64,000 bases of DNA, from positions 736,001 to 800,000 of the forward strand of contig OZ250165.1 of NCBI GenBank assembly GCA_965238005.1, read 5' to 3'. Each line of letters opens with the position of its first letter. The first letter of the stretch is position 1. Origin of the DNA: Longimicrobiales bacterium. GTDB taxonomy: Bacteria; Gemmatimonadota; Gemmatimonadetes; Longimicrobiales; Gaopeijiaceae. The notes under the pieces were generated by a model. It was not told the DNA's origin and did not search any database. It saw only the letters and a list, made by a program, of their open reading frames with translations. This document shows, in pieces, positions 20,044 through 30,290 of the stretch. Made by a program: the position numbers and the translations under genes.

Positions 20044-21228
20044 TCAGCGGACCGGTTTGGCCTCCGGTTCTCGACGCTCGCCGACGAGATACGCGCCCCA
20101 AGCCTCCATGACCTCGCGCCTCCGGTCTAGCAGGTCGGAACGGGCGTAGGCGGCCTCGACCTTGTTCTTCACGACATGGGCCAGCGCCGCTTCGGCCACC
20201 TCGCGCGCCACGCCCGTCTCCGAGCACCAGTCGCGGAACGAGGACCTCATCCCGTGGGGCGTTCCCTCGATGGAGAGACACCGGAGCAGGCCGCTGAACA
20301 TCGAGGCGTTGATTCTTCCTCCCTTCGCGCCCCGGAACACGAGCCCGCCGCCGTCGTGGCGCTTCCGGGCTTCCTCAAGGATCTCCAAGGCCCGCCTCGA
20401 CAGGGGAACTCGGTGCTCGCGCTTCGCCTTCATGCGGCTGGCGGGAATGGTCCAGACATCGTGCTCGATCTCATCCCACGTCGCGCCCCGGACCTCGTTC
20501 GAGCGTGTCGCGGTCAGGACCATGAACTCGAGCGCCAGCCGGACACCGGCATGGGATCCCGAGTCGCGGACCTCGGCCAGCGCCGCCGACACCTCGCCAT
20601 GCGGGAGCGCCTTGTGATGTCTGGTGGCGTTGCCGTTGCGCGGCAGCGCGGCGGCGATGGCGTCCCCCGCCGGGTTGTCCGGCCGGTAGCCCTTCGCGAC
20701 GGCCCACTTCATCACCGCGCCGATCCGCTGGTGCACGGCCCTCGCGGTCGCGGGCTTGCTTGACCAGATGGGCTGTAGGATCGCGAGCACGTCGGCCGTC
20801 GCGACCTCGCTCACGCGTTTGCGGCCGATGCGCGGATGGGCGTAGTCCCTCAGCGTCTGCCGCCACTGTCCGGCGATGCAGGAAGGGCTCTTCCAGGTCG
20901 GCGAATGGATCGCGATCACCTTCTCGACGGCCGCCTCGAAGGTGGGAACCCCCACGGCTCTCGGGTCGTGGCCCCAATGGAGCGCGCGCCTGTTCTCAAG
21001 CGCCTTCTCCCTCGCCTCCTTGAGCGTCACGACCGGATACGAGCCCAGTCCGAGATTGGTGGGCTTCCCTCCCGCTCGAACGCGCTGGCCCCAGGACTTG
21101 GAGACGCGCCCGGACTTCATTCGGTGGACGCGGAGGTACAGCCCGAGTCCGCCGCGCCCCCCGTCGCCGTAGCGTCCCGGCGTCGTCACCCGTGCCACGA
21201 AGGCAGCCGTAAGCGGTCGTTTACGCAT
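20044..21228 (-). CDS. int: P4-type tyrosine integrase (Int B)
   Basis: Same motifs as Int A; about 45 differences in 394 aa by manual comparison. Confidence 0.95.
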   Translation of the reverse strand: MRKRPLTAAFVARVTTPGRYGDGGRGGLGLYLRVHRMKSGRVSKSWGQRVRAGGKPTNLGLGSYPVVTLKEAREKALENRRALHWGHDPRAVGVPTFEAAVEKVIAIHSPTWKSPSCIAGQWRQTLRDYAHPRIGRKRVSEVATADVLAILQPIWSSKPATARAVHQRIGAVMKWAVAKGYRPDNPAGDAIAAALPRNGNATRHHKALPHGEVSAALAEVRDSGSHAGVRLALEFMVLTATRSNEVRGATWDEIEHDVWTIPASRMKAKREHRVPLSRRALEILEEARKRHDGGGLVFRGAKGGRINASMFSGLLRCLSIEGTPHGMRSSFRDWCSETGVAREVAEAALAHVVKNKVEAAYARSDLLDRRREVMEAWGAYLVGERREPEAKPVR

Positions 21229-21404
21229 GGAGTGTGTCCTACTTGTGTATCACATTCTGACGGATACACCATGGTACAACACGGTACGACTCGGCACAAG
21301 AGGGAGCCTGCGAACACGGCCAAGACACGCCGTATCATGTTGTAATCAAGTATCTTGTGGAATCCTACGGGACAGCCTGAGACGATGTGCACGATCCTAC
21401 TGCG

Positions 21405-21887
21405 TTACTTGAGCGGGAAGTAACGCCGCGTGTTCCCGGCGGCTCCCCGGTAGAGCCGGCTGGGCAGGTGCCGGCGCTCGATGTCGAGCGCCTCGAACGC
21501 ACGGACTTTCTCTTTCTCGGTCGGGAGCCACGGCAAGCCGGGGTGTTCGAGTACGTAGTCGAGTGAGAGGAGGCGCCGCAGGAGCACTTCCTCCGAACCG
21601 GTCCGGCGGTGGCGGATGTCCTCGGCGCCTAGCGCCCGGTAGATCCTGCGTCCGAAGATCCGGCAGACCTTCCGCCGCTCGAGTGTGTCCTCGGCCGCGA
21701 GCCCCCTCTCGAGCAGGGCCCGGACGAACCGAAGCGCCTGCCAGCGATCGATCCGGAGATAGGCGGAGATCTGGGCGCGGGTGAACACGCCGCTGTGCAG
21801 ACAGGCCAGCGCGATCCACTCGGCCTGGCGTCCCGTCCAACCGAACGGCTCGAGGGCCTGTTCGCGTCCCTGCAGATGCGCGATCAC
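21405..21887 (-). pseudogene. 5' half of split T4SS-associated uncharacterised gene
   Basis: MIAHLQGREQALEPFGWTGRQAEWIALACLHSG...RRYFPLK* aligns with the N-half of 41942-42916; GTGA overlap with virB8. Confidence 0.9.
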
Positions 21888-22552
21888 CTGGGCGGCTCCG
21901 TGACCAGGACACGGTCGGCCTGGAGGTAGGTGATGAGGATGCCCATCGGGTTGTAGACGACGAGCTCGGAGGGGATCACGGTGAGGAAGTTGAACCGGAG
22001 CGTGATCGACCAGCGCTCCCTCAGGGTCTCCTGCCCCTGCCTGAGGTGGACCAGGTCGAAGTCGGCGGTCGCGCCGTGCGGCGCCTCCGGTGCGGGGTGG
22101 ATGCGGAGCACGACCTGCTCGACCTGGAGCTCGGTGTCGGCGGTGCCAGCCGCCATGGCGGCGACCTCGGCGCCGTCACGCGTGAACGCCGCGTTCGCCA
22201 ACTCGGTCGAGAGGAAGCGGAGGCTACGGGTCCAGTGCTCCTCGACCGTCGCCTGGCGCCTGGAGTAGAAGTCGGAGATGAACCGGTTCAGGAAATACTT
22301 GGTCGTGGGATCGAGCGGATCCGCCTGCGCCGTTGCGGCCTCGTAGGCCACGGCCTCGGCGCGGCCGACCTCGTCGACCCGCACGACGATGGGCCTGGGC
22401 GGCTCGACGGTCGCGACCCGGAGCAGGAGCACGCCGAGCGCGAGGCACGCTCCTCCGAGGATCATCGCCAGCGTCCGGAGCTTCCGGTTCGCCTCGACGG
22501 TCTCACCCCAGATTTCCGCGTACTCGCGGCCGGCATCGTGTTCTCGGTTCAT
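21884..22552 (-). CDS. virB8: VirB8/TrbF family protein
   Basis: Single TM, PRPIVVRVDEVG, C-terminal NPMGILITY; operon position. Confidence 0.85.
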   Translation of the reverse strand: MNREHDAGREYAEIWGETVEANRKLRTLAMILGGACLALGVLLLRVATVEPPRPIVVRVDEVGRAEAVAYEAATAQADPLDPTTKYFLNRFISDFYSRRQATVEEHWTRSLRFLSTELANAAFTRDGAEVAAMAAGTADTELQVEQVVLRIHPAPEAPHGATADFDLVHLRQGQETLRERWSITLRFNFLTVIPSELVVYNPMGILITYLQADRVLVTEPPR

Positions 22553-22563
22553 GGATGTCTCCT

Positions 22564-23574
22564 TCAGCCTCCGGGGATTGGGGGGCGGGCGGGGTTCGCG
22601 GCAGCGCTGAGGCGTCCGCCTCCGCGCATCACGAGCGCCATCATGCCCGACCCGACGGACCCGGACCCGGAGACGAGCATCGCGGCGAGCTCGCCCACCT
22701 TCATGCCGGCCATCAGGCCGGAGACGACGAGCGGGAGCAGGACGACGACCCAGAGCCCGAGCTCGGCCGGGTCGGAGGAGCCGGTGCCCATCAAGGCGCC
22801 GGTATAGGTGGTGACGTAGCCCATGCCCACGCCCATGAACACGCGGAGGATGGCTCCGGCCACGACGCCGTAGAGCGTGTAGACCATGAGCGTGCGGAAC
22901 CATCCCCAGAACAGGAACGCGAGCGGCTCGAACAGCAGCCAGGGGATGAACACCGGACCGAGCAGGATCACGATCGCGAGCGCCACCTGCGCCCAGATCA
23001 CCTGCGCGTAGGTGAGGCAGAAGAGCGCGACCAGGCCGAGCACGAGCGGCGCGCCCATCATCAGCGCGACGAGGGACGAGAAGAACACGCTCACTCCCTC
23101 GGTCACGAGGGTCATCAGGCTCCCGCCGGACCATGCCGCGCCGAGCCGTGCGGCGAACGCCTGCACGAGCGCGGTCATCTCCGTGTAGCCGACGGACACG
23201 ACATCGGAGATGAACAGGTTCTGGAGCCAGATCCCTCCGGCCGCCACCATGGCCGGGAACGTGAAGCCCACGCCCGGGATCGGGACGCTGTAGTAGTGGA
23301 GCAGCGTCCGGGGAATCGCGATCCCGAGCACGACCCGCACGAGCGCCCACGGTTCGAGCGTGCCTCTGTAGGCGATCTTGAGCCCGCTCCATGCGACGAC
23401 GATCGCCGCCAGACCGCCCCACAGCTGGTGGCCGAGCGTGAGCACGTCGGGCGCGGCGCCGCCGACCACGGTGTCGAGCACAACGTCCAGGAACCCCTTG
23501 AAGTCCTGGAGCTGATCCGCCGGGATCTGGGCCGGGACGTTCGGATCGATCGACTGCGGTGGGACGAGCTGCAT
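22564..23574 (-). CDS. virB6: VirB6/TrbL family protein
   Basis: Polytopic membrane protein; LLGPVFIPWLLFEPLAFLFWGWFR motif. Confidence 0.85.
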   Translation of the reverse strand: MQLVPPQSIDPNVPAQIPADQLQDFKGFLDVVLDTVVGGAAPDVLTLGHQLWGGLAAIVVAWSGLKIAYRGTLEPWALVRVVLGIAIPRTLLHYYSVPIPGVGFTFPAMVAAGGIWLQNLFISDVVSVGYTEMTALVQAFAARLGAAWSGGSLMTLVTEGVSVFFSSLVALMMGAPLVLGLVALFCLTYAQVIWAQVALAIVILLGPVFIPWLLFEPLAFLFWGWFRTLMVYTLYGVVAGAILRVFMGVGMGYVTTYTGALMGTGSSDPAELGLWVVVLLPLVVSGLMAGMKVGELAAMLVSGSGSVGSGMMALVMRGGGRLSAAANPARPPIPGG

Positions 23575-23592
23575 GACAGTCGCTCCCGGGGC

Positions 23593-24501
23593 CTAAACTT
23601 GGCCGCCCATGTAGAACGACGGGATCTTGAAGAGGAGCCCTTCACGGAGCCGGTCGCGGTTCTGGAACGCGGCCGTGCGCATCGCATCCGCCATCGCGTT
23701 CGTACGGAGGCGCGCGTCCCTCCACTCGGCGAGCCGCTCGAGCCGGTCGATCTCGGCCTGCTGCATCCGGTTCGCCTGCTCGACCGCCTGATAGGCGAGC
23801 ACCTGCGCCACGGCGGCGTTGATCCGGCCCTGCGTCAGCGCGGCAGCCACTTGCGCCTGCTGGAGCGCCGTGGCTGACAGATTGCCGTTCGCGGTCAGGT
23901 CGTCGAACGAGTCCTGCGCGCTCTCGACGGTCGAGGCGAGCGAGGCCGCGGCGTCCATCATCGCGTAGTCGAGCACGCGCTGGCGGTCGGCGGTCTCGCG
24001 GGCCTGGCGGTAGTCCTCAACCGCGCGCGACGACGCCTCGGCCGGGTGGTTGCGGAACAGCCCCAAGATGTCCGCCTCGCTCACCTGGTCGGCCACGCCC
24101 TGCGCGCTCCGCCAGACATCGGTGAACGAGTCGCCGCTCCCCATGCCCCGGACCGCGTCGACCAGCTCTCCGGCTGCGCCGGTGAACTCGGAGCCCCAGT
24201 CGAGGCCGTCGCCGACGAGGCCGATGGATCCGGCCGCCAGCTCCGAGAACGGTTCGATCAGCGCGTCGACCTCGCCCCGCGCGACGTCCTTCATGTAGTC
24301 GAGCTGCTCCTCGAGCTCGGTGAGCTGGCGAGTCATCGTCCGCATCTGGCGGATCTGGTTCGCGATCTGGGTCGCTTGGTTCACGATCATCTGGGCCCGC
24401 TGGATCACGCCGCCGATGTCGAAGAAGGCGTTGGCCGGCCCAGCGCTCGCGAGCATCAGGATGGAGACCAAGAGGACGGTGGTAAGGCTGCGGTGACGCA
24501 T
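23593..24501 (-). CDS. VirB5/TrbJ-like protein
   Basis: AAGGAG RBS, signal peptide ...ANA, Q-rich coiled coil NQATQIANQIRQ; lies directly before virB6. Confidence 0.65.
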   Translation of the reverse strand: MRHRSLTTVLLVSILMLASAGPANAFFDIGGVIQRAQMIVNQATQIANQIRQMRTMTRQLTELEEQLDYMKDVARGEVDALIEPFSELAAGSIGLVGDGLDWGSEFTGAAGELVDAVRGMGSGDSFTDVWRSAQGVADQVSEADILGLFRNHPAEASSRAVEDYRQARETADRQRVLDYAMMDAAASLASTVESAQDSFDDLTANGNLSATALQQAQVAAALTQGRINAAVAQVLAYQAVEQANRMQQAEIDRLERLAEWRDARLRTNAMADAMRTAAFQNRDRLREGLLFKIPSFYMGGQV

Positions 24502-24518
24502 GATGAGCTCCTTTGGTG

Positions 24519-25793
24519 TCATTGCCGTGTCCCGGCCCTCGGGACCAGGACATCGGACGTGAACCAGATGCGCAGGCGATGGCCGGCGCGGATCGTGATC
24601 GTGGGAAGCCGGTTCAGGAACCGGTCGAGAACCGAGGTCGCGCTCTGGCCGAGTCCCTGGCCGACGCCCGCCCTGAGGCCGAACGGCGAACCGCCGGCCA
24701 GGGCGAGTCCGCTTACGACACCGACGGCTCCGGCCGCAGCGAACGTGCTGAAGTAGTGGCGATCGACCTGGTCCTGAAGGGCGCCCTCGCCCGCCTGGTT
24801 CAGGCCCGTGAACTCGAGGTCGATCCAGCTGCCGTCGGGCAGGATCAACCGGTGGAACGCGACGGCCAGCCGACTCTGGTCCCGGTCCTGAACCGCCTGG
24901 GCCATGCCGACGACGCGCGTTCCGCGCGGGATCAGGATCCGCTGGCGGTCGGCCGAATAGAACGGGACCGAGACCATGGCGAGCACCGGTCCCGGGAAAT
25001 CGCCCGTGAGCTGCGTGAGGAGCACCCCTTCGAGGAACGAGCCCTCGTAGATCCGCTCCCAACCCGGCGGGTCGGCAGGCCGGACGCTACGCCCTGGCTC
25101 AGCCGTGCCGGGCGCTCGGAGGGAGGCCTGCGGCCCGGACGCGGGCGCCATCGCAGCGGCGATGCCAGGGGACCCGAGGAGAAGCTGCTCCGCCGCCAGC
25201 TCGCCCTCGAGCGCCCCGAGCGACTGCTCGAAGGATGCGAGCGCCGCTTGGACCGTGTTCTCGAGGAGCGCCACATCCGCGTCGGCCGCATCGCCGGTGC
25301 CGGCTTCGGACGACTCCGCGGTCGCGTTCGGATCCCTGTACGACTGAGCCACGGGAAGGGCACGGAGCGAGCGGGTTCTTCGCTCCAGCTCCTCCAGCCG
25401 AAGCGCCTCCCTAAGCTCCGACTCGGCCGCGCTCACGCCTGGGATCAAGGCTGCGGTGTTCGGCGTCTCCGACTCCGTCTGGAGCCGAGCCATCTCCCCG
25501 GCGGCCGCAGCCTGCCGGCGCTCGAGCTCGGCGCGCGCCCGGGCGGCGGCCTCCAGAGTCTGCCGCTCGGCCTCTTGCCGAATGCGCGCCTGGAGCGACC
25601 TCCCCATCCCGTCGTCGACCGCCTGCGCCTCAGGCAGGGCTACGAGAGTGTCGGCTTCCTGGGGACCCGTCATCGCCCACGAGAAGAGGAGTCCGCCGAC
25701 GAGCACGGCGATCAACACCACGCCGGCCTTCGTGACGATGCCGCCGGGGAGCGCACCTTCCGGCGGCGATACCCACTGCTTCCAGCGGCTCAT
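24519..25793 (-). CDS. virB10: VirB10/TrbI family protein
   Basis: EGSFLEGVL, ILIPRGTRVVG, GLNQAGEGALQDQVDRHY, PTITIRAGHR. Confidence 0.9.
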   Translation of the reverse strand: MSRWKQWVSPPEGALPGGIVTKAGVVLIAVLVGGLLFSWAMTGPQEADTLVALPEAQAVDDGMGRSLQARIRQEAERQTLEAAARARAELERRQAAAAGEMARLQTESETPNTAALIPGVSAAESELREALRLEELERRTRSLRALPVAQSYRDPNATAESSEAGTGDAADADVALLENTVQAALASFEQSLGALEGELAAEQLLLGSPGIAAAMAPASGPQASLRAPGTAEPGRSVRPADPPGWERIYEGSFLEGVLLTQLTGDFPGPVLAMVSVPFYSADRQRILIPRGTRVVGMAQAVQDRDQSRLAVAFHRLILPDGSWIDLEFTGLNQAGEGALQDQVDRHYFSTFAAAGAVGVVSGLALAGGSPFGLRAGVGQGLGQSATSVLDRFLNRLPTITIRAGHRLRIWFTSDVLVPRAGTRQ

Positions 25794-26668
25794 CTGAGTT
25801 CTTCCCGCGGCGTGAACCGCCAGCTGGCCCGCTTGTCGCCGATCTGGAGCCACCCGTCTCCCAGTACGTGGCGGGCGATGTAGAGGCCCTCCTCCGTCAG
25901 GTCGTAAGCGACGAGCGCCGGTTCGCCGTCCCGGAGCTCATAGAGGGCCGGCGACTCCTGGGCGTGGGACCGGAGGTAGGTGAACTGCCCGTCGTGCCAC
26001 ATCGCTTCGACCAGGAACGGCCGGTCCGCCGCGTCCCCGTCGAGCCGGTACTCGAAGGCGAGACGCTCCGGATAGCCGGCACGGAACTCCTCGATCGCCG
26101 ACTCAGCCTGCGTCCGGGCCTCCAGGATGCCGGCCTCGGCCGCCTCCCGGGCGCTGCGAGCCGCCTCGGCCGCCTCGGCGGCCATCTGCTGATAGGCCGC
26201 GACCTCGCTCCGCGCGACGAACGCGGGACGGCCCGTGCCGCCGCTGGACAGCCCCGTCTTCTCCGCGCGGGACTCGACCCGGACGACCAGATGGGGCGGT
26301 CGCTCGTTCTCCTCGGCGCTCTGCTCGGCCACCAGGAACGAGTAGATGTGCCCCGACTCGCATACGAGCGCGATATTCGTCGCCGCGTCCGGCCGCAGAG
26401 GCTTCAGGAACGCGACGTTCGCGGCGCCGGTCAGGTGCCAGTACTCCGAGTCGCCGACCACGAAATCCAGGATGTTCTCACCGGCGGGGAGCACGATCAC
26501 CGTCGTGTGACGGACCTGGGTGCGGAGCCGATGGATCCGATCCTCCCCCTCCTCCGGGACACTCACGCGGAGAAAGGAGTCGTCGTCCGCCTGCTGGGCG
26601 GTAGCCGCGACAGGGAAGGCAGCCAGGAGAAGGGCGGTTAGAACGAGGGGTGTCATTGGTGGTCGCAT
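25790..26668 (-). CDS. virB9: VirB9/TrbG family protein
   Basis: Signal peptide; TTVIVLPAGE, VGDSEYW, FLKP, WHDGQFTYL, PALYE. Confidence 0.88.
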   Translation of the reverse strand: MRPPMTPLVLTALLLAAFPVAATAQQADDDSFLRVSVPEEGEDRIHRLRTQVRHTTVIVLPAGENILDFVVGDSEYWHLTGAANVAFLKPLRPDAATNIALVCESGHIYSFLVAEQSAEENERPPHLVVRVESRAEKTGLSSGGTGRPAFVARSEVAAYQQMAAEAAEAARSAREAAEAGILEARTQAESAIEEFRAGYPERLAFEYRLDGDAADRPFLVEAMWHDGQFTYLRSHAQESPALYELRDGEPALVAYDLTEEGLYIARHVLGDGWLQIGDKRASWRFTPREELR

Positions 26669-26674
26669 GGCGTA

Positions 26675-29119
26675 TCAGCTCCTTGCGTTGGGGGTGGGTG
26701 TGGGATCGTCTCGGCTCGCGAGCACCTCGAGGGCCCGGGCCAGCCCGTGGCGCTCGACGGCGCGGGCCCTCTCCTCGGCGTCCAATGCGGACGAGGTGTA
26801 GAGCCAGTAGCTCTCCGGATCGACCTCGAGCCGGAGCACCGCCGCCCCGTCCGGGCGACGGAGGTAGAGCTCGCGCTTGGGGATCAGGCCCCGGACCCGG
26901 GCCACCTCCGACTCGTTCAGCCGGAAGAGCGCTCCGACCTCGTCGGGGAGCTCCGGGTTCGCGAGGAAGAGTTTCGTCGGGATCGACTCGAGGAGCGCCG
27001 CCGCGCCGGGCGTAGCCGTGACGTCCACCGCGGACTGCGTGGCGAGGACCAGCGCGGCGTTCTTCTTGCGCCACGTCTTCGCCGCCTCGGCCAGGTAGTT
27101 CAGTACGGCCGGGTCCTGCAGGTAGCGCCAGGCCTCGTCGACCACCATCACCTTGAGCCGCGCCGCCTCGGCCGGGTCCTCCACCTCGAGGCGCATCCGC
27201 TCGAGCAGGTAGGAGAGTGCCGCGTCGCAGAGATCCGGATGCTCGACCGCCCCGGCGAGATCGATCACCTGCCAGTCGGCGAACTCGAGGTCCGGTGTCC
27301 CGCCAGCCGGGTTATCGAAGTACGCGCCCCACGCGCCGCCTTGGGTCCAGCGGCTCCAGGCCGGCCACGTCGCGGACGGAAGCGAGGCGGCCAGGACGCT
27401 CAGCGTCCGTCGCTCCGGCTCGAACGCGTAGAGGTCCTCGATCCGGGCCCGGATCTCGCTCGTATCCGCTCCGCTCGCCTCCCAGCCGCCGAGCTTGAGT
27501 AGCCGCAGCACCCAGCCGGTCAGGAACTGGAACGTCCGCGTGCCCGCCGGGAGGGCGAACGGCTGCAGCCGGAGCGTGGGCTCCGCCTCGCCGGGCGAGA
27601 GCTCCAGGTAGCGGCCTCCCAGAAACCGGGTCAGCCAGCGGTAGGAGCCGCCGAGATCCAGAATCAGGACCCGCGGGTCGTACCTGAGAGCCTCGACCAG
27701 CAGGAAGTTCAGTGTGAAGCTCTTGCCCGAGCCGGTCGCGCCGAGCATCAGCGTGTGGCCCACGTCGCCGGCGAACAGATCGTAGTGGTACGCCGTACGC
27801 CACGGCGTCTCCAAGACCGCGAGCGACTCACGGCCAAGGTGTTTGCTCTTAGCCCGGCCCCTGGGCGGCCCGAACAGCGGCGCCAGGCAGGCCGCGACGC
27901 CGGCCGACACGAACACCTTCCGCACCTGCCGCCCACGCGGCTGGGCCGGGAGCCGCGAGAACCAGGCCGGCAGCTGGCCGTAGCCCTCACGGATCACCTT
28001 CGCGTCGTGGGCTGCGAAGAGACGACGCAGGTCGCCGTCCAGCCGCTCGATGCTTCCCAGCTCGCCGTGGAGCGCCACCGTCAGCGTGGCCTCGCCGTAG
28101 CTCACTCCGTCCGCTTCCAGCTCGACCAGCGCCTCGCCCAGCCGGTCCGACTCCGTGGCCGCGGCCGAGTCGACCATCGCGGCGGCCGTGCCCTCCGTCT
28201 CCTGCACGTGCGCCATCATCGAGTAGCGGCGCGCGAAGTAGTGCCGCTGCGCGCCACGGATCCGGCGCCTCGCCGCCTCCACCGCCCAGGGCCGCCACTC
28301 GAGCGACACCGTCATCGCCGCATCCAGGCAGTAGAGCTCCCGGAGCAGGTTCGCGTAGGCTTGGCCGGGCGGGGACAGAAGCGAGTAGAGGATCACGGGC
28401 TCGCCGTCGAGGCGCAGGTGGGAGCGCTCCGCCTCGAGTTCCGAGAGGGCGAGCCGCCAGTTCATCCCGCTTCCCGTCGCGCCGTCCCAGATCATGCCCG
28501 GACGGTTGATCAGCTCGGAGAGAAGCCGCGAGGCTTCGGCGGGCTCGAGCATCTCGATCGGCGTGTGCTCCTCCACGAGCGCACGGCCCGCGTCCACCGT
28601 CGAGCGAAAGCGGGCGGCGGCCGCCTCGATCTCGGAACCGAGGTAGGTCGGCGCGCCCCCTCGGCGGCGCTTCCACCACTGCATGAGCCGGGAGGCGCTT
28701 CCTGTTCTGGGCCCGTCTGCGACCGTGCGTAGACGGGGATCGTGCGACCAGACCAGATAGGCCTCGAGCTGCTGGACGCGGCCCGACAGAAACGCACTCC
28801 GCTTCCGCTGCGACACCGCTACGATGCCGGAGCCCTCGTCGTCCGCGGCCTCGGGCACACTTGGCCGGCGGAGCAGATAGAAGTAGAGGCGCGTGTCGGC
28901 GTCCAAACCCGAGAGCAACCGCTGCCAGCGGCCCAGCACGCGGTCGATCTGCTCGGGCGAACGCCCATCGACCACCGCGGGCTCCAGCCGGCCGGCCGCG
29001 ATCAGCTCGCCCGAGCGGGTCAGGCAGGTGCGTCCGTCCTCGAGCCAGCCCCAGTAGGGCAGCTCCTCCGCCAACGAACCGGCCACCTCGTGGTTCCGGA
29101 GCTCCGCGGAGATCCTCAT
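26675..29119 (-). CDS. virB4: VirB4/TrbE ATPase
   Basis: DVGHTLMLGATGSGKS, ILDLGGSY, VVDEAWRYL, KTWRKKNA, LATQS. Confidence 0.93.
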   Translation of the reverse strand: MRISAELRNHEVAGSLAEELPYWGWLEDGRTCLTRSGELIAAGRLEPAVVDGRSPEQIDRVLGRWQRLLSGLDADTRLYFYLLRRPSVPEAADDEGSGIVAVSQRKRSAFLSGRVQQLEAYLVWSHDPRLRTVADGPRTGSASRLMQWWKRRRGGAPTYLGSEIEAAAARFRSTVDAGRALVEEHTPIEMLEPAEASRLLSELINRPGMIWDGATGSGMNWRLALSELEAERSHLRLDGEPVILYSLLSPPGQAYANLLRELYCLDAAMTVSLEWRPWAVEAARRRIRGAQRHYFARRYSMMAHVQETEGTAAAMVDSAAATESDRLGEALVELEADGVSYGEATLTVALHGELGSIERLDGDLRRLFAAHDAKVIREGYGQLPAWFSRLPAQPRGRQVRKVFVSAGVAACLAPLFGPPRGRAKSKHLGRESLAVLETPWRTAYHYDLFAGDVGHTLMLGATGSGKSFTLNFLLVEALRYDPRVLILDLGGSYRWLTRFLGGRYLELSPGEAEPTLRLQPFALPAGTRTFQFLTGWVLRLLKLGGWEASGADTSEIRARIEDLYAFEPERRTLSVLAASLPSATWPAWSRWTQGGAWGAYFDNPAGGTPDLEFADWQVIDLAGAVEHPDLCDAALSYLLERMRLEVEDPAEAARLKVMVVDEAWRYLQDPAVLNYLAEAAKTWRKKNAALVLATQSAVDVTATPGAAALLESIPTKLFLANPELPDEVGALFRLNESEVARVRGLIPKRELYLRRPDGAAVLRLEVDPESYWLYTSSALDAEERARAVERHGLARALEVLASRDDPTPTPNARS

Positions 29120-29430
29120 CGCCCGCTCCGGATCACGAGATGCCACGGCTCTTCGGCCCACTTGCCCGGGTCGAACCGCGCCGGGTAGCGGGTCCCGGCC
29201 CGGAGCACGCCAAGCATGTCCGGGTCTCTGCGGCCAGCCAGCCATCCGGCCCCGTAGCCCACCGCGAACACCACGCCGCCCGTCACCAGCGAAGCCGTCG
29301 CGTTCCACATCGCGAGCCCGAGCGTGGCGACGAGCAGAAACCCCCTACGCTCCACCCCCAGGATCGTGAGCGGACGGTTCAGCGCCGGATAGCCGGCCCA
29401 GCGCCTCAGACCCCTCATCAGAATAGCCAC
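29116..29430 (-). CDS. virB3: VirB3/TrbD family protein
   Basis: LNRPLTILGVER, two TMs, RDP; lies between the pilin and virB4. Confidence 0.85.
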   Translation of the reverse strand: MAILMRGLRRWAGYPALNRPLTILGVERRGFLLVATLGLAMWNATASLVTGGVVFAVGYGAGWLAGRRDPDMLGVLRAGTRYPARFDPGKWAEEPWHLVIRSGR

Positions 29431-29705
29431 GCCAGGAAGTTGGCCGCGCCCATCGCCATCCCGAGACCGAAGATGATCCCGGCCAGCGTCCGCTTGCTAC
29501 CGCCCTCGCCGAACGCAAACATCAGCCCGCCCACCACGATCGCGATCAGCGAGAGCCCCCTCGCGATCGGGCCCGTGAACTGCGCCTGCAGCTCGTTCAC
29601 CGCCTCCACCCACGGGCTCGTCCCCTGCGCCCACAGCAGCCCGGGGGACAGCAACCACAGCGCGGCCCAGGCCGCCGCTCGTACCGTCCTTATGAAAGGT
29701 TGCAT
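29418..29705 (-). CDS. virB2: VirB2/TrbC pilin
   Basis: Signal peptide; SPWVEAV..L...FTGPIARGLSLIAIVVGGLMFAFGEGG. Confidence 0.9.
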   Translation of the reverse strand: MQPFIRTVRAAAWAALWLLSPGLLWAQGTSPWVEAVNELQAQFTGPIARGLSLIAIVVGGLMFAFGEGGSKRTLAGIIFGLGMAMGAANFLAWLF

Positions 29706-29740
29706 CGTCTGCTCCTTGGTCTCTCGCTGGGATGCGCCGG

Positions 29741-30232
29741 TCACTCGGCCTCGCCGCGGCTCAACGCGATCTGCTTGCGGATCCACTCGTCCACTTCCTC
29801 CTCGATCCAGCCGACAGCGCGCGCGCCTAGCTGGACGGGTCTGGGGAAGGACCCCTCGGCCAACCGCACATAGATCGTGCTCCGCCCGAGCCCCGTGCGA
29901 GCTTGCACGGCCGGGAGCCGCACGATGCGGATCGGCACCTCCATTTCCTGCACCATGGTTCTCGTCATCGGTCTGCCTCTGCGTTCTCTCGGGGATGAAT
30001 CCCGGAGCCGGTCGCTCCGGGAGGAAACAGGGTCCACACCGGCCTCGTCGAAGCCTTCCATGAACGCCAGGAGCTGATCGACCGTCGCGAGCGTCGGGGA
30101 GCGGCCATGGCGTAGCTCACGCACCAGGTTCGGATCGCCCACCGCCCGTCGGCCGAGCGTCGTCGGTCCCACTCCCGTGCGCTTGAGGAACGCATCCACT
30201 CGCGCCATGAAAAGCCCCTTCAGCGTCTCCAT
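29741..30232 (-). CDS. Regulator: N-terminal HTH fused to AlpA domain
   Basis: VGDPNLVRELRHGRSPTL N-domain; RLPAVQARTGLGRSTIY...FPRPVQLGARAVGW AlpA motif. Confidence 0.88.
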   Translation of the reverse strand: METLKGLFMARVDAFLKRTGVGPTTLGRRAVGDPNLVRELRHGRSPTLATVDQLLAFMEGFDEAGVDPVSSRSDRLRDSSPRERRGRPMTRTMVQEMEVPIRIVRLPAVQARTGLGRSTIYVRLAEGSFPRPVQLGARAVGWIEEEVDEWIRKQIALSRGEAE

Positions 30233-30249
30233 GCGAGGGACGGTGAAGG

Positions 30250-30290
30250 CACTTGCGCAACTACGTCAATCCGTAGGATTTAACCGACGT
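30250..30290 (-). promoter_or_regulatory. Putative promoter of the alpA-virB operon
   Basis: TCCTACGGATTGAC (-35-like TTGAC), conserved at the same distance from the ATG at 41896 and 54840. Confidence 0.6.

Larger units (their letters stand above)
5903..21420. mobile_element. Integrative element B (15.5 kb) inserted in the gene downstream of virB8
   Basis: Direct repeat CTTGAGCGGGAAG at 5903-5915 and 21408-21420. Integrase at the right end. Removing the element restores an in-frame ...RYFPLKLPVALD... Arm-like GTGTATCAC at 5976 and 21245. Confidence 0.93.
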
